Positions 27,365-40,566 of a DNA stretch of 64,000 bases are shown piece by piece; the first letter of the stretch is position 1, and every line of letters begins with the position of its first letter. Source of the DNA: Eledone cirrhosa. Taxonomy: Eukaryota. The stretch covers positions 19,716,001 through 19,780,000 of the forward strand of contig OZ024753.1 of NCBI GenBank assembly GCA_964016885.1, written 5' to 3'. The notes under the pieces were generated by a model, which had not been told where the DNA came from, searched no databases, and saw only the letters and a list, made by a program, of their open reading frames with translations. Position numbers and translations under genes: made by a program.

Positions 27365-27758
27365 TATATTAATAAGAGGAATTCCAACTTTGTCTGATTT
27401 ACTCGTTTTATTTACAATCCTTTAAAATATATATAATGGTATTATAATGAAATAGTATGATAGAATATTAAATTTTAAGTGTTAATTGAACAAGTACTTT
27501 CATGCTTTCGCAATCTTCAGGTTCATGATATGTGGCGACAGTCGAGTTTGCAATTTTCAACTGTGGAAATTGCAAACTCGACTGTCACCACATATCATGA
27601 ACCTGAAGATTGCGAAAGCATGAAAGTACTTGTTCAATTAACACTTAAAATTTAATATTCTATCATACTATTTCATTATAATACCATTATATATATTTTA
27701 AAGGATTGTAAATAAAACGAGTAAATCAGACAAAGTTGGAATTCTTCTTATTAATATA
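27365..27758. mobile_element. Near-perfect ~390-bp palindrome with mirrored hammerheads
   Basis: Centre ~27561; hammerheads at 27487-27525 (minus) and 27598-27636 (plus). Confidence 0.9.
27598..27636 (+). ncRNA. Minimal type-I hammerhead ribozyme
   Basis: TGAAC-CTGAAGA-T-TGC-GAAA-GCA-T-GAAA-GTAC-TT-GTTCA. Confidence 0.8.
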
Positions 27759-27806
27759 ATCTTCTATACACAATCATACACACCTGTGTATATTTACCTA
27801 TCTATA

Positions 27807-27901
<95 letters not shown>

Positions 27902-28309
27902 AGAGATATATTCTTTTAATTATATATTCTTTTAATAATATACAAATCTCAATTTTTAATTTATAGATCTCAATAATTTAATCGAATTTAAACATTAGAT
28001 AAAATTCTCCGGTTATTACTATTTATTTATTTATTTATCCACGCTTTATTAATTTCGCGTAATTCATCCACTATATATTTATCTTTTCGCTTCATCATCT
28101 CAGAAAATTACGTTAATACAACACTCTCTCACTTAGGGTTTTCTCTCTTTCTGTTTCTTTTCTTTTGTTTTTCTTTCGTTCTTTCTTTTTCCTTTTCTTT
28201 TTTCCCTATTCTAACGGCTTAATTTAAATGTATGGGATTTAAACCTTTCCGACACTAATTTGCATAATAGACCAATAATAAAATTAATAAACCGACTATC
28301 CAGGAGCTT

Positions 28310-28478
28310 CCAACCGACATGGTTGCATTCTTTAAGTGTATGTCAATATTTGTTTATATAAATGATCTATATTATATTTTATCTAATGAAAGCGCACCAT
28401 AATTGGCTTTGGTGTCCTTGAAATATGTATAATGAAATAAATATGGTTTTATAAATATAGCTTCCATTTTTTAATATA
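28310..28478 (+). mobile_element. Family B fragment, core mutated (CTAATGA)
   Basis: Matches 20200-20305. Confidence 0.75.
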
Positions 28479-28504
28479 TATATATATATATATATTGACG
28501 CATA

Positions 28505-28642
28505 GAATTACGGCCCTTGCCATTCTGTGTTCAAATCCCGCCGAGGTTAACTCTGCCTTTCATCCTTACGGGGTCGATAAAATAAAGTACCAGTAATGCA
28601 CTGAGTAATCGCTGGTCTTGTGGCAAAAGTATAAACAAATAT
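28505..28642 (+). mobile_element. tRNA-derived SINE with Nin/Deu-type domain, partial
   Basis: GTTCAAATCCCGCCGAGGTTAACT.TGCCTTTCATCCTTACGGGGTCGATAAAATAAAGTACCAG. Confidence 0.85.
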
Positions 28643-28700
28643 TTTACTGCAACTCCTCTGAAGGAATGACTGCGTATATATATTTATGATTATCTATATA

Positions 28701-28737
<37 letters not shown>

Positions 28738-28770
28738 GTTTATGTATATATATATATACATATATACATA

Positions 28771-30345
<1,575 letters not shown>

Positions 30346-30981
30346 AGATTTGAATGGATACAGTTTAGTTGAAAGGAATTTATTGACACGTGTTTCTATA
30401 ACAGTTACATAACCTAAAACAGCTATCTACAAACTTTTAGTTATGCAGACATTCAATATTTCAATGTTATTATTTACTGTCATTTCATCAGAATAATATT
30501 ACTGAGGACCTATTTAGTTTTTATAGAGAATATTAGGAGGGAGGGGTGAAGTTGTTAGAAGAATAGTTGAAGGAGTGGTTTTTCGATAGCAGTGAGAATT
30601 CTTGGTGGCAGTGAGTAATTAGATTCCCATCTGTTGTTTTGACATTTTTTATAGAATATATTATTGGTTATTTTTCTAAATCTATAGAAGGATTAGAGAT
30701 AGTAAAGATATGCGTGGTTGGTTTTGTGTTTGCACTTAATTAACATTCAGACTTAAATTTTTCTTTCAAGTGTACATATCCTTTCACCCACGCATTCACA
30801 CACAAATATATTTGCACACCTCTACAAAATACATATACTCACAATTCACATATTCATACTTACATATATATACACATGCATACACATATATATACACACA
30901 TGTATTCATGTACATACATACGCGCTCATGTGTATACATTTTCATACTCAACTTATCTTTATATACACACGTATAGACACA

Positions 30982-32390
30982 GTTATTGGGTACGTAAAGA
31001 TAGACCCTCTAACTTTGACATAACAATGGGCTCTAACGATTCGGCGGAAATAACTGATATTGTGGGGTTATTTATCGCCTTTAGACTCCAGGAAAAATTC
31101 AGCAATCTCCACGGCGGAATATACCGCGACGATGTTCTCCTCCTAGCTAAAAACCTTAATAACCAAAAACTAGAAAAACTACGCAAAGATATAAGAAAAC
31201 TACTACTCGAAATAGGACTAACTATAACATATGAATACAACCTTAAAGTAGTTAACTTCCTGGATGCCACACTCAATTTAAACTCTGGTTTGATTAAACC
31301 GTTTCATAAATTGAATGAAAATCTCAAATACGTAAATGTTGGGTCTAACCACCCCATCTCTATAATTAAATCTATCCCTAAAAATATTTCCCTTAGAATC
31401 TCGGGTCTATCTTCTAACATACAAGTATTTAAGGAACACGCCGAGTACTACGATAACGCCCTTAGTAAAGTAGGCTACCTCAACAAAATAGAGTACATAG
31501 ATGGGAACAATCAAAACACCCAAAATAAATCCCACATAGGTAGATATAATAACACAACACCAAACCACACTTACTACCATAGTATGCACACCAGTAAACC
31601 AACAAACAAAACTAATAGAAAGCGATGCAAAGAGTACTTATGGTATAACCCCGAATACAATAGCTCCATTAGTACAAATTTACCAGTACTATTCTTTAAA
31701 ATAATTAAAAGACATGTTCCCACATCACACAAATACCACAAAATCCTAAACCCTACCACTATAAGTCTGTCATACTCTACAGCGTTAAACCTTGAACAAC
31801 ACATAAAAAAGATCAATACTAGAAGGTTAAACGAAAACACTAAGAACTTAAGTACAAAGAACACAAAAAAAACAGTAGACAATACACTACAGAACATAAA
31901 TAAACCACACCTAAGTTCGTCCGCAATACTACTCCAGAGAAAACCCAACGTACACAACTGTAACTGCACCTATCCTGACAACTGCCCCCTCGGCAATAAC
32001 TGCCTGGAAAAAAATATTATTTATAAGTGTACCATTAAATCCGGAGGCAACGAGTGGTATTACGTGGGATCAACGGCAACATCGTTTAAATCTCGATTGT
32101 ATAGGCATTCTTACTCAATAAAACACCTGAGCCGAAGAAATGTAACAACTTTAGCAGAAAAAGCTTGGACGCTCAGGGATAGCGATCAAAAGTTTACCCT
32201 AAAATGGGAAAAATTAGCTAAAACCCAAAGCTTTTCCAGGAGCCAAAATTTCTGCAAATTGTGTAATCTTGAGATTTATTACATAATCACACACAAGAAG
32301 AAACTGCTGAATAACAGAATTGAACGAACATTATTCTGCCGTCACAGAACTAAAACCCTTTTTTCCCACTACAAGCCGAATATTACATAA
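30982..32390 (+). CDS. PLE RT C-terminal half plus C-terminal GIY-YIG endonuclease (5'-truncated, open frame)
   Basis: FDITMGS.D.AE, GIYRDD, VNFLD, SNHP, WYNP, CNC..CPLGNNCL..IIYKC..YVGST..FKSR, CKLCNLE, LLN.R.E...CRH. Confidence 0.92.
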
Positions 32391-32704
32391 AAGAGGGACA
32401 TCCCCCAACTATATAAACCTTAATCTAGTTAGAAAAATATAAAAACAATCTCTTCTCAACATATATTAATAACCTTAAATTACCATACTAACAATGAAAA
32501 GATATGCTGATGAGAATAGGTACAAATATGCGATAATGAATGTGTCTAAAAACGTCCATAAGTATGTATATATATGTGAAAATATATATAAATAAGTAAA
32601 TATATATATATGTTTGATGTGTATAGTAGATGTAAGTGTATTCATGTATTAAAGTGCTTATATATATATATATATGTATATATGTGTATATGTATGTGTG
32701 TGTA

Positions 32705-32783
<79 letters not shown>

Positions 32784-33347
32784 GTATGTATATATGTGTA
32801 TATGGATGTGTATGTATGTGTATGTGTGTACACATGGACTAGAGTATGTATGTATATATGTGTGTGTCTATACGTGTGTATATAAAGATAAGTTGAGTAT
32901 GAAAATGTATACACATGAGCGCGTATGTATGTACATGAATACATGTGTGTATATATATGTGTATGCATGTGTATATATATGTAAGTATGAATATGTGAAT
33001 TGTGAGTATATGTATTTTGTAGAGGTGTGCAAATATATTTGTGTGTGGATGCGTGGGTGAAAGGTTACGTACACTTGAAAGAAAAATTTAAGTCTGAATG
33101 TTAATTAAGTGCAAACACAAAACCAACCACGCATATCTTTACTATCTCTAATCCTTCTATAGATTTAGAAAAATAACCAATAATATATTCTATAAAAAAT
33201 GTCAAAACAACAGATGGGAATCTAATTACTCACTGCCACCAAGAATTCTCACTGCTATCGAAAAACCACTCCTTCAACTATTCTTCTAACAACTTCACCC
33301 CTCCCTCCTAATATTCTCTATAAAAACTAAATAGGTCCTCAGTAATA

Positions 33348-33464
33348 TTATTCTGATGAAATGACAGTAAATAATAACATTGAAATATTGAATGTCTGCA
33401 TAACTAAAAGTTTGTAGATAGCTGTTTTAGGTTATGTAACTGTTATAGAAACACGTGTCAATAA
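33348..33464 (+). ncRNA. Hammerhead with ~88-nt stem II (mirror copy 30380-30496 minus)
   Basis: TTATT-CTGATGA-A-ATGACAGT...ACTGTTAT-A-GAAA-CACGTG-TC-AATAA. Confidence 0.8.
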
Positions 33465-33894
33465 ATTCCTTTCAACTAAACTGTATCCATTCAAATCTTT
33501 CTATTTTTCTCCGGATTACTTTTGGAACTACAACTGGAACCGTCGAGCAAACTCTACGTGAGCTGATAATCTACTGTATGTAATATTTATATTACAACAC
33601 AACGGAAAATACTGTATATATATATATATATATATATATACAGTATTTTCCGTTGTGTTGTAATATAAATATTACATACAGTAGATTATCAGCTCACGTA
33701 GAGTTTGCTCGACGGTTCCAGTTGTAGTTCCAAAAGTATACATATATATATATATAAACATATATATATATATATATACATATATACATAAACATATATA
33801 TATATATATAACTATTTTCCCATTTTCACGCTATAGTCACATATATGTTATGGAATACTGTTAGCTTCTCGCTACAACCATTTCTATACTTTTC

Positions 33895-33939
<45 letters not shown>

Positions 33940-34025
33940 AACATATATATATACATATATATATACATATATACATAAATATATATATATATATATATAT
34001 ACATAAACATATATATATATGCATA

Positions 34026-34101
<76 letters not shown>

Positions 34102-35428
34102 AACATATATATATACATAAACATATATATATACATATATATATATATACATAAACAAATATACACATATATATATATATATATATAGATCGATATATAT
34201 ATATATATATGATTCATGTGATTAACTCAAACCTAATATATATTACATTGGAAGAATACTTCAAGTACAATTTATAGCAGGTGAAAATTGGATTGTATCA
34301 AATAGCTAACAGAAACAGTGCATTAGTGACGTAAGATAATTGGAACATTAAATAGATTGAATCAGAAATTGGTAGATATTTGCTAGTGTCTTACTCTACA
34401 ATACAATGCCAAAATCTGACTTGAGTATGACCCATTACGAAATTAAACGTACAACAGTAGAATATCTTATAAAAACCATTATATTAAAACATCTAAACAT
34501 TGGCTATAGATTGTATATTAATCAACAAGCTTATTCTGCATAGGAGTGTCTTGAATTGCACTCCTATTTCTTTAATACGCTGCTTTTTACTTACTAATTC
34601 AATGAATAGATAGATACATTTATTGAATAACAATTAATCATTGTTGGAAGCGAAAGGAAATTCAATAACGTTTATGTGTGGAACGTGAAAAATTGTTAAA
34701 TTCAAGTTTATTCAATCGTTGAATTCATATTACAGAGTTTTTGTAATCGTTTCTATGCTGTAATAGTGAAACCTAATATTATTTATAGTCTGAAGTAATG
34801 GAAATGTGAAGTAAGAACTAAAAATATGTATCATAAAGTTAGCTGTCCGGAAAATGTTTATGAAAATCCTTTAGCGTGGTATGAACATTGTATAATTAAT
34901 CGTACAAGTTGATTTAATTCCTGTATTGACTTATAGATAAGCAGGCAAACTGATATCTATTACTGGAATATTTTACACAAACTCAAACGATCCGTAGATG
35001 CTACATCTCCAAAAGTGGTTTAAAATAAGAATCCTTATCTGGAAATAACATAATACATACATAATATTTAATTACGTTCTGTACGTATTACATAAAAATA
35101 TAGTAATGAATGGTATTTTCTTTTGGATTGATCCCGTATCGAATGGATATTTGTAGTTTAATCCAAGTGGCAATATTAAAATACGATTTGAGAATATATC
35201 TTCTTCAGCTCCCTGTTACTTATGATGGGTGAACAATTAAGAAATCTTCATATTTACACACGTAAAAAGTATACTCAGGTAACAATAACATGTGTATAAA
35301 TTAATAAACATACACTCATACATACACATAAGCACATATATGCCCCATCTACCCGTGCACACACGTATATATAGTAATAACAGTAATAACAAATAGAAAG
35401 ACTAAAATCCGAAGAGGGCTCGATGAGG

Positions 35429-35571
<143 letters not shown>

Positions 35572-35945
35572 TAAATCATATCCTTAGAATTATTAGAAAA
35601 AATATATATCATTTCCTCTCCCAATTAGCATAATTAACCATATAAAAAAATCAATTAGACCAGGCTATAAGAATAAAGGCTCCTATGAAGAAATGTTCGA
35701 CAAATAACAGAAAGCGGGCTCTTCGCGGTGACCCCAATAGAGTATTTATCCAACATTTCAACAGTATGTAGAAACTGACTAAATATACCGTCAACCATAC
35801 AATTAGGTGTAAATTTAAACTTAAAAGAAGCGTGTAGATACCGTAATTATATCTCTACCATGGTTTCGTCCATATTTTTAGGATGTATCCAGAGTAACAG
35901 ATTCATCAGGAGACAAATTATTTATATATATATATATATATATAT

Positions 35946-36321
35946 AGGTATTGAAATTTCCGTTGAAAACAGAAAAGGTCATAGAAGTGAAGAGTGCTCT
36001 ATGTAAGTATCAGAGCAAAATTTAATGTTTAAAAATCAATACAATATAATTACCTCATTACCAGAGGTTTCCCGAATGAGGCGAATACGAAAGAAACGTC
36101 TTCATTCGTTCGTCAGACGAGGCAATATAAAACATGGGTAAATACTTGGAAAGTCTCATCAAGAAAAGCAAAAAAAAAAAAGCTTTTCTTGATGAGACTT
36201 TCCAAGTATTTACCCATGTTTTATATTGCCTCGTCTGACGAACGAATGAAGACGTTTCTTTCGTATTCGCCTCATTCGGGAAACCTCTGGTAATGAGGTA
36301 ATTATATTGTATTGATTTTTA
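35946..36321 (-). mobile_element. Fold-back cassette; palindrome 36030-36321 around an A12 loop
   Basis: Arms match by eye; hammerheads at 36049-36126 (minus) and 36225-36302 (plus). Confidence 0.88.
36225..36302 (+). ncRNA. Type-I hammerhead ribozyme
   Basis: ATTGCCTCGT-CTGACGA-A-CGAATGA..TCATTCG-G-GAAA-CC-TCT-GG-TA-ATGAGGTAAT; 10-bp stem I. Confidence 0.8.
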
Positions 36322-36349
36322 TACATTATATATATATATATATATATAT

Positions 36350-36431
<82 letters not shown>

Positions 36432-36479
36432 CGAGATATTTGCTGTACTAATAATATCTATATATATGTGTGTGTGTGT

Positions 36480-36645
36480 ATAAAACGTAAACAGAAATAA
36501 CAACACAATCGGTACAGTATATGGAAGGGATATATTAGATTAACGCTTGATATAGCAGGAACAGGGTCTTCACGTTTCGGACGCTAGTCTTTCAGCAGAA
36601 GAAAGAATGATAAATAAGATAGATTGAGGGGGCGGGCGGGTTATG
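36480..36645 (-). mobile_element. Family K pLTR fragment with decayed hammerhead
   Basis: Minus strand CTT-CTGCTGA-A-AGAC-TAGC-GTCC-GAAA-CG-TG-AAG; similar to 37690-37760 and 55642-55710. Confidence 0.65.
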
Positions 36646-36659
36646 TTTGTATGTATGTA

Positions 36660-37625
36660 TGTATGTTCTTCTGGTTTTATAATTTCACGAAGTGTTCCCA
36701 ATAGAGAAAGTGTCGGTTTCTAACATAGACACAAGACTCTCTCATTAGAATTTACACAACATCAACTAGGTAGATTATGTATGCATGTGTAGATATCGAT
36801 GTTATTGTATATGTGGATGTGTATGTTTTGAGCTGTGTGTGTGCATATGTATATGCCTTGTATCTGTACATGCGTATATGCAGTTATTAGATGCAACATT
36901 TTTGGAATGTTTTACATATTTGTACTGTTCCATTAATGGATTGTACTTGTAATTTCCTAAATAGTTGTGTTCTTTCTGTTCCTGTGAAGCCTAGCTTCTC
37001 AAGATTTGTATTGAGGCAGTTACTAACATACCCCAGTGCCCCAATAATCACAGGCATAAATCTGAAGGTGTAATCAGGGTGGAGTATCTGCAGATTTCTC
37101 ATCAGTTCTTCATAAATATTCTCCTTTTCACTAATCTTTGATACTATATTGGCATCTGCTGGGCAGCTAAGTTCCACTACTGTGCATGCTTTCTTTTCCC
37201 TGTCCTATATCATAATATCTGGTCTGTTATGCCTGCATTGTATTGGGGTTTTTACTGGAACATTCCACCAGTACTCTTTCATATTATGTATATGGATGTC
37301 TTCCACATTGCTGTAGCTTTTAATGTGTTTATTATCGGGCCTAACTTTACTAGGGATTGCATTGTACAGTGTTTTGGCCACTACCTCATGCCTCATAGGT
37401 AAATAGTACCGCGATGACATCTTTGGACAGCTGCTGATGACATGGGTGACTTCTTCCATGTTAAATCTGCAGAGTCCTCAGTTGTCACATCTAGGTGTTG
37501 TTCCTGCATCCCTCTCTCTTTTGTGAATCAGGGATTTCGTATTGATTTCTTGTTCTTGGATTGCAAAAGAGTATTCTTCAAAGTGGAAGCCAATATAGCG
37601 GTTGTTGGTCCAAGATAGACTACTT
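36660..37625 (-). mobile_element. R4/Dong 3' fragment (family of 17640-19995), ending in (CATA)n
   Basis: HVISSCPKM..RHEVVAK, HNRPDI, ELSCP, IIGALG. Confidence 0.9.
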
Positions 37626-37718
37626 TATATGTAAAAGAAATACAAAAAATAACAAAACAAATAGCACAGTAACATGTAAGAAATATATTAGTTTAACGCT
37701 TGAAATAGTAGGAAGAGA

Positions 37719-37756
37719 GTCTTAACGTTTCGGACATTAGTCCTTCATCATAAGAC
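37719..37756 (-). ncRNA. Minimal hammerhead (family K, C3 substituted)
   Basis: GTCTT-ATGATGA-A-GGAC-TAAT-GTCC-GAAA-CG-TT-AAGAC. Confidence 0.65.
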
Positions 37757-37872
37757 AGAAATAGAAGTAGATGATAAATAGAAAGTAAAGAGTGATGAGA
37801 GTAAGGAAGAGGTAAAATGAGGGAGGAAAAACAATATACAAGTGTGTATTCGGTCGGCCATCTTGTAGAATG

Positions 37873-37971
<99 letters not shown>

Positions 37972-38084
37972 CATTTATGTGAGTGTGCGTGTGCGCGTAT
38001 ATATATATATATATAAAATACTGGTAGTTAATACGGGGTTAAATGACTATAATTGTTTATTGCATTATATATATTTCTTTTAAA

Positions 38085-38505
38085 TGGTTATTTATGTGAC
38101 ATCGCCAGACGCTTACGTAATCATTGCGATATGCCGCCGGCCATGCACGTCCAGCAGAGACCTGTTTGTTGATTACAAATCTGCCCTGCCCAACAGCCCA
38201 ACGAGGAACGGCTACGCTGCTTCCTTCTCCACCCCACGACGAAACTATAGACCCATAGACCGGTCCAATACAAACAACAATTGCAACTTCAGGATCCCAC
38301 ATTTCAGCGAGGAAACCACCAACGCCATACGCAAAGCCATCAGAAAAGAGGGCCTCAATTTGTAACTGTCTCACTATGGACTTCCCTGCGAAGATGCCTC
38401 TCCACAGCACAACCCCCCAACGACGATAACGGATGCACCCTAGCCAATTGCCCTTTCCGTAACACTAGCTGTTGCCTACGTACCTACGTAGTATACAGGC
38501 TAGAA
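38085..38505 (+). mobile_element. PLE fragment (RT thumb/linker to start of GIY-YIG)
   Basis: RNGY, FRIPHFSE, CTLANCP..CCLRTYVVYRLE. Confidence 0.65.
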
Positions 38506-38575
38506 TCAGGGGCGAAGGGTGCGTGCATGCAACGCATGCAGTGCATGCGGTATAGAATCTTGAGTTGATCAATTG

Positions 38576-38737
38576 CGTCGGTTGAGGCAAGCAGAATGTT
38601 TACTACTTACTAAATCGTAGACATATAAAAAAATAGCACACACACACCAACACACACACACATACACACACGACAGCGTCGGTTGAAGCAAGCAGAGTTT
38701 TGGCTGCTTGCTAAATCGTAGATACATAAAAAGATAA

Positions 38738-38772
<35 letters not shown>

Positions 38773-38880
38773 ATACACATACACACACGACAGCGTCGGT
38801 TGAAGCAAGCAGAATTTTGGCTGCTTACTAAATCTTAACATAAAAAGATAACACACATACACATACACACACACTAGATA
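38576..38880. repeat. Three tandem ~100-117 bp units containing (CA)n
   Basis: GCGTCGGTTGA(A/G)GCAAGCAGA at 38576, 38676 and 38793. Confidence 0.85.
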
Positions 38881-39046
38881 ACAGTACATGCGGCTTTGAC
38901 TGGGAGGGTCATTTAGAGGGAATAGGGGGTGGTAGGTGGTGGGTGTTGGGGTAAGGATGCACAGCCCAACTTTCCGCCATGGCAATTGGGCTGCATGGCT
39001 TACTTTCCAGGTTACCCTCACCCACTGATATGTATATATATATATG

Positions 39047-39112
<66 letters not shown>

Positions 39113-39131
39113 CATATATGTATATATATAT

Positions 39132-39206
<75 letters not shown>

Positions 39207-39229
39207 GAGAGAGAGAACCCATAGAAGTA

Positions 39230-40565
39230 ATAGGCCTAGAAATATCACCTGGCTTAACCCACCATTCTCATCTAATTTAGCTACTAATATCTCTAACCGC
39301 TTCTTCTCTATCCTAACTACCCCCCCCCCCAACCATGTGTATTACAAACTATTTAATAAAAACAACATTAAAATCTCATTCTCCACAACACCGAACCTAG
39401 CTAGCCACATCGCATTCAGTAACCATCATAAACTAAGAAAATATAACTCCTACACCGCGGTACCACCACCCCCCTCAAATACACTACGCCACTACACCAA
39501 TGCTTACTCTAATAGCATACCTCCACCCTCTAATCCTATTAGTACACACCAGCCGCATAGTTTAAACAACCCCACCCTTACTAACCGCAAAAGTAATTGC
39601 AACTGCCGTTACCCTAATGCATACCCATTTAACGGACAATGCCTTACACCCAATATAGTATGTAGGTGCACCCTTAAAACGGCATCACATACTAGCTCCT
39701 ATATTGACTCTACCTCTAACCCTTTTAAGGTACGCTATAACGCGCACTCATTTTCCTTCCGGGACCCTAGCAATAGATGTTCAACATCTCTAGCTAGGCT
39801 CATTAAAAACCTTGAATTACCAACATTGAACAATCACTGACAAGGGATATCTTGGCTAGATCCCCAGCGTTCAATGGACGAAGAACCTGTTGTGATCTCT
39901 GTCTTACCGATGCCTATTACATAACTCCGTCACGACCACAACCTATTAATGATAGAAATGAGATAACAATTAACTGTCAACATCGAAGGGAAAATTCCTT
40001 CGCCAACAGAATATTCGTCCCAACATAGTCATCAAATCTCGCTATTACATATAGCTAATATGTTAAATATTTAACCCAGACTTGGATAATTATAAGTTTC
40101 CTCCCTTACATTGTCTCTCACTTAAGCTCATTAGCACTTCTTAGCTATTAATCACCTATGATTTTAACTTCTCAAGGAGTTACTTCCCTTGAAACCCGTC
40201 TCTAATTAGTAAGTTAAATCTCCTTAAGTGGCCATTTTGTTACGCATTGGCAGACTTCGCTTAATACAGCCTCGACAGAAGCGTCATCCTTGCTTATATC
40301 AGACAATAGGCACATCCAGGACCCCTTTCATGAAATACCAATATATGGCAGATTACATTCATGTAACCATCTTACTTTACTTTACTTTATATTCCTTATT
40401 CCATCTTATCTTTATCAATATTTTCATTATCTCATTTGAAGTTCTGAAGAGCTGCTCCATAATATTAACTAAGATACTTATCTTCATCTGAACCAGATCA
40501 ATAATAATCTATAATCAATTGATTCAGAAACATTATATGGAGTAGCGAAACAATTATAAACGGAC
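39230..40565 (+). mobile_element. Naiad-type PLE 3' fragment, degraded
   Basis: [56 protein letters not shown]. Confidence 0.85.
40441..40561 (+). ncRNA. Hammerhead with ~96-nt stem II
   Basis: GTT-CTGAAGA-GCTGCTCCATA...TATGGAGTAGC-GAAA-CAATTA-TA-AAC. Confidence 0.75.
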
Positions 40566-40566
40566 A

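Noticed and set aside
30876-30981. N-terminus of the 504-aa ORF
   Set aside because: It lies in the inverted pLTR copy; real homology starts at about 30982
35685-35730. ATGAAGA..TGTT..AACA-GAAA hammerhead-like motif
   Set aside because: C3 is missing and there is no convincing stem I; single copy
39838-39840. In-frame TGA in a Naiad fragment as possible selenocysteine
   Set aside because: It falls where Trp is expected (compare LKWEKL in the 30982 ORF) in a decayed copy, and the intact Naiad frame has no in-frame TGA
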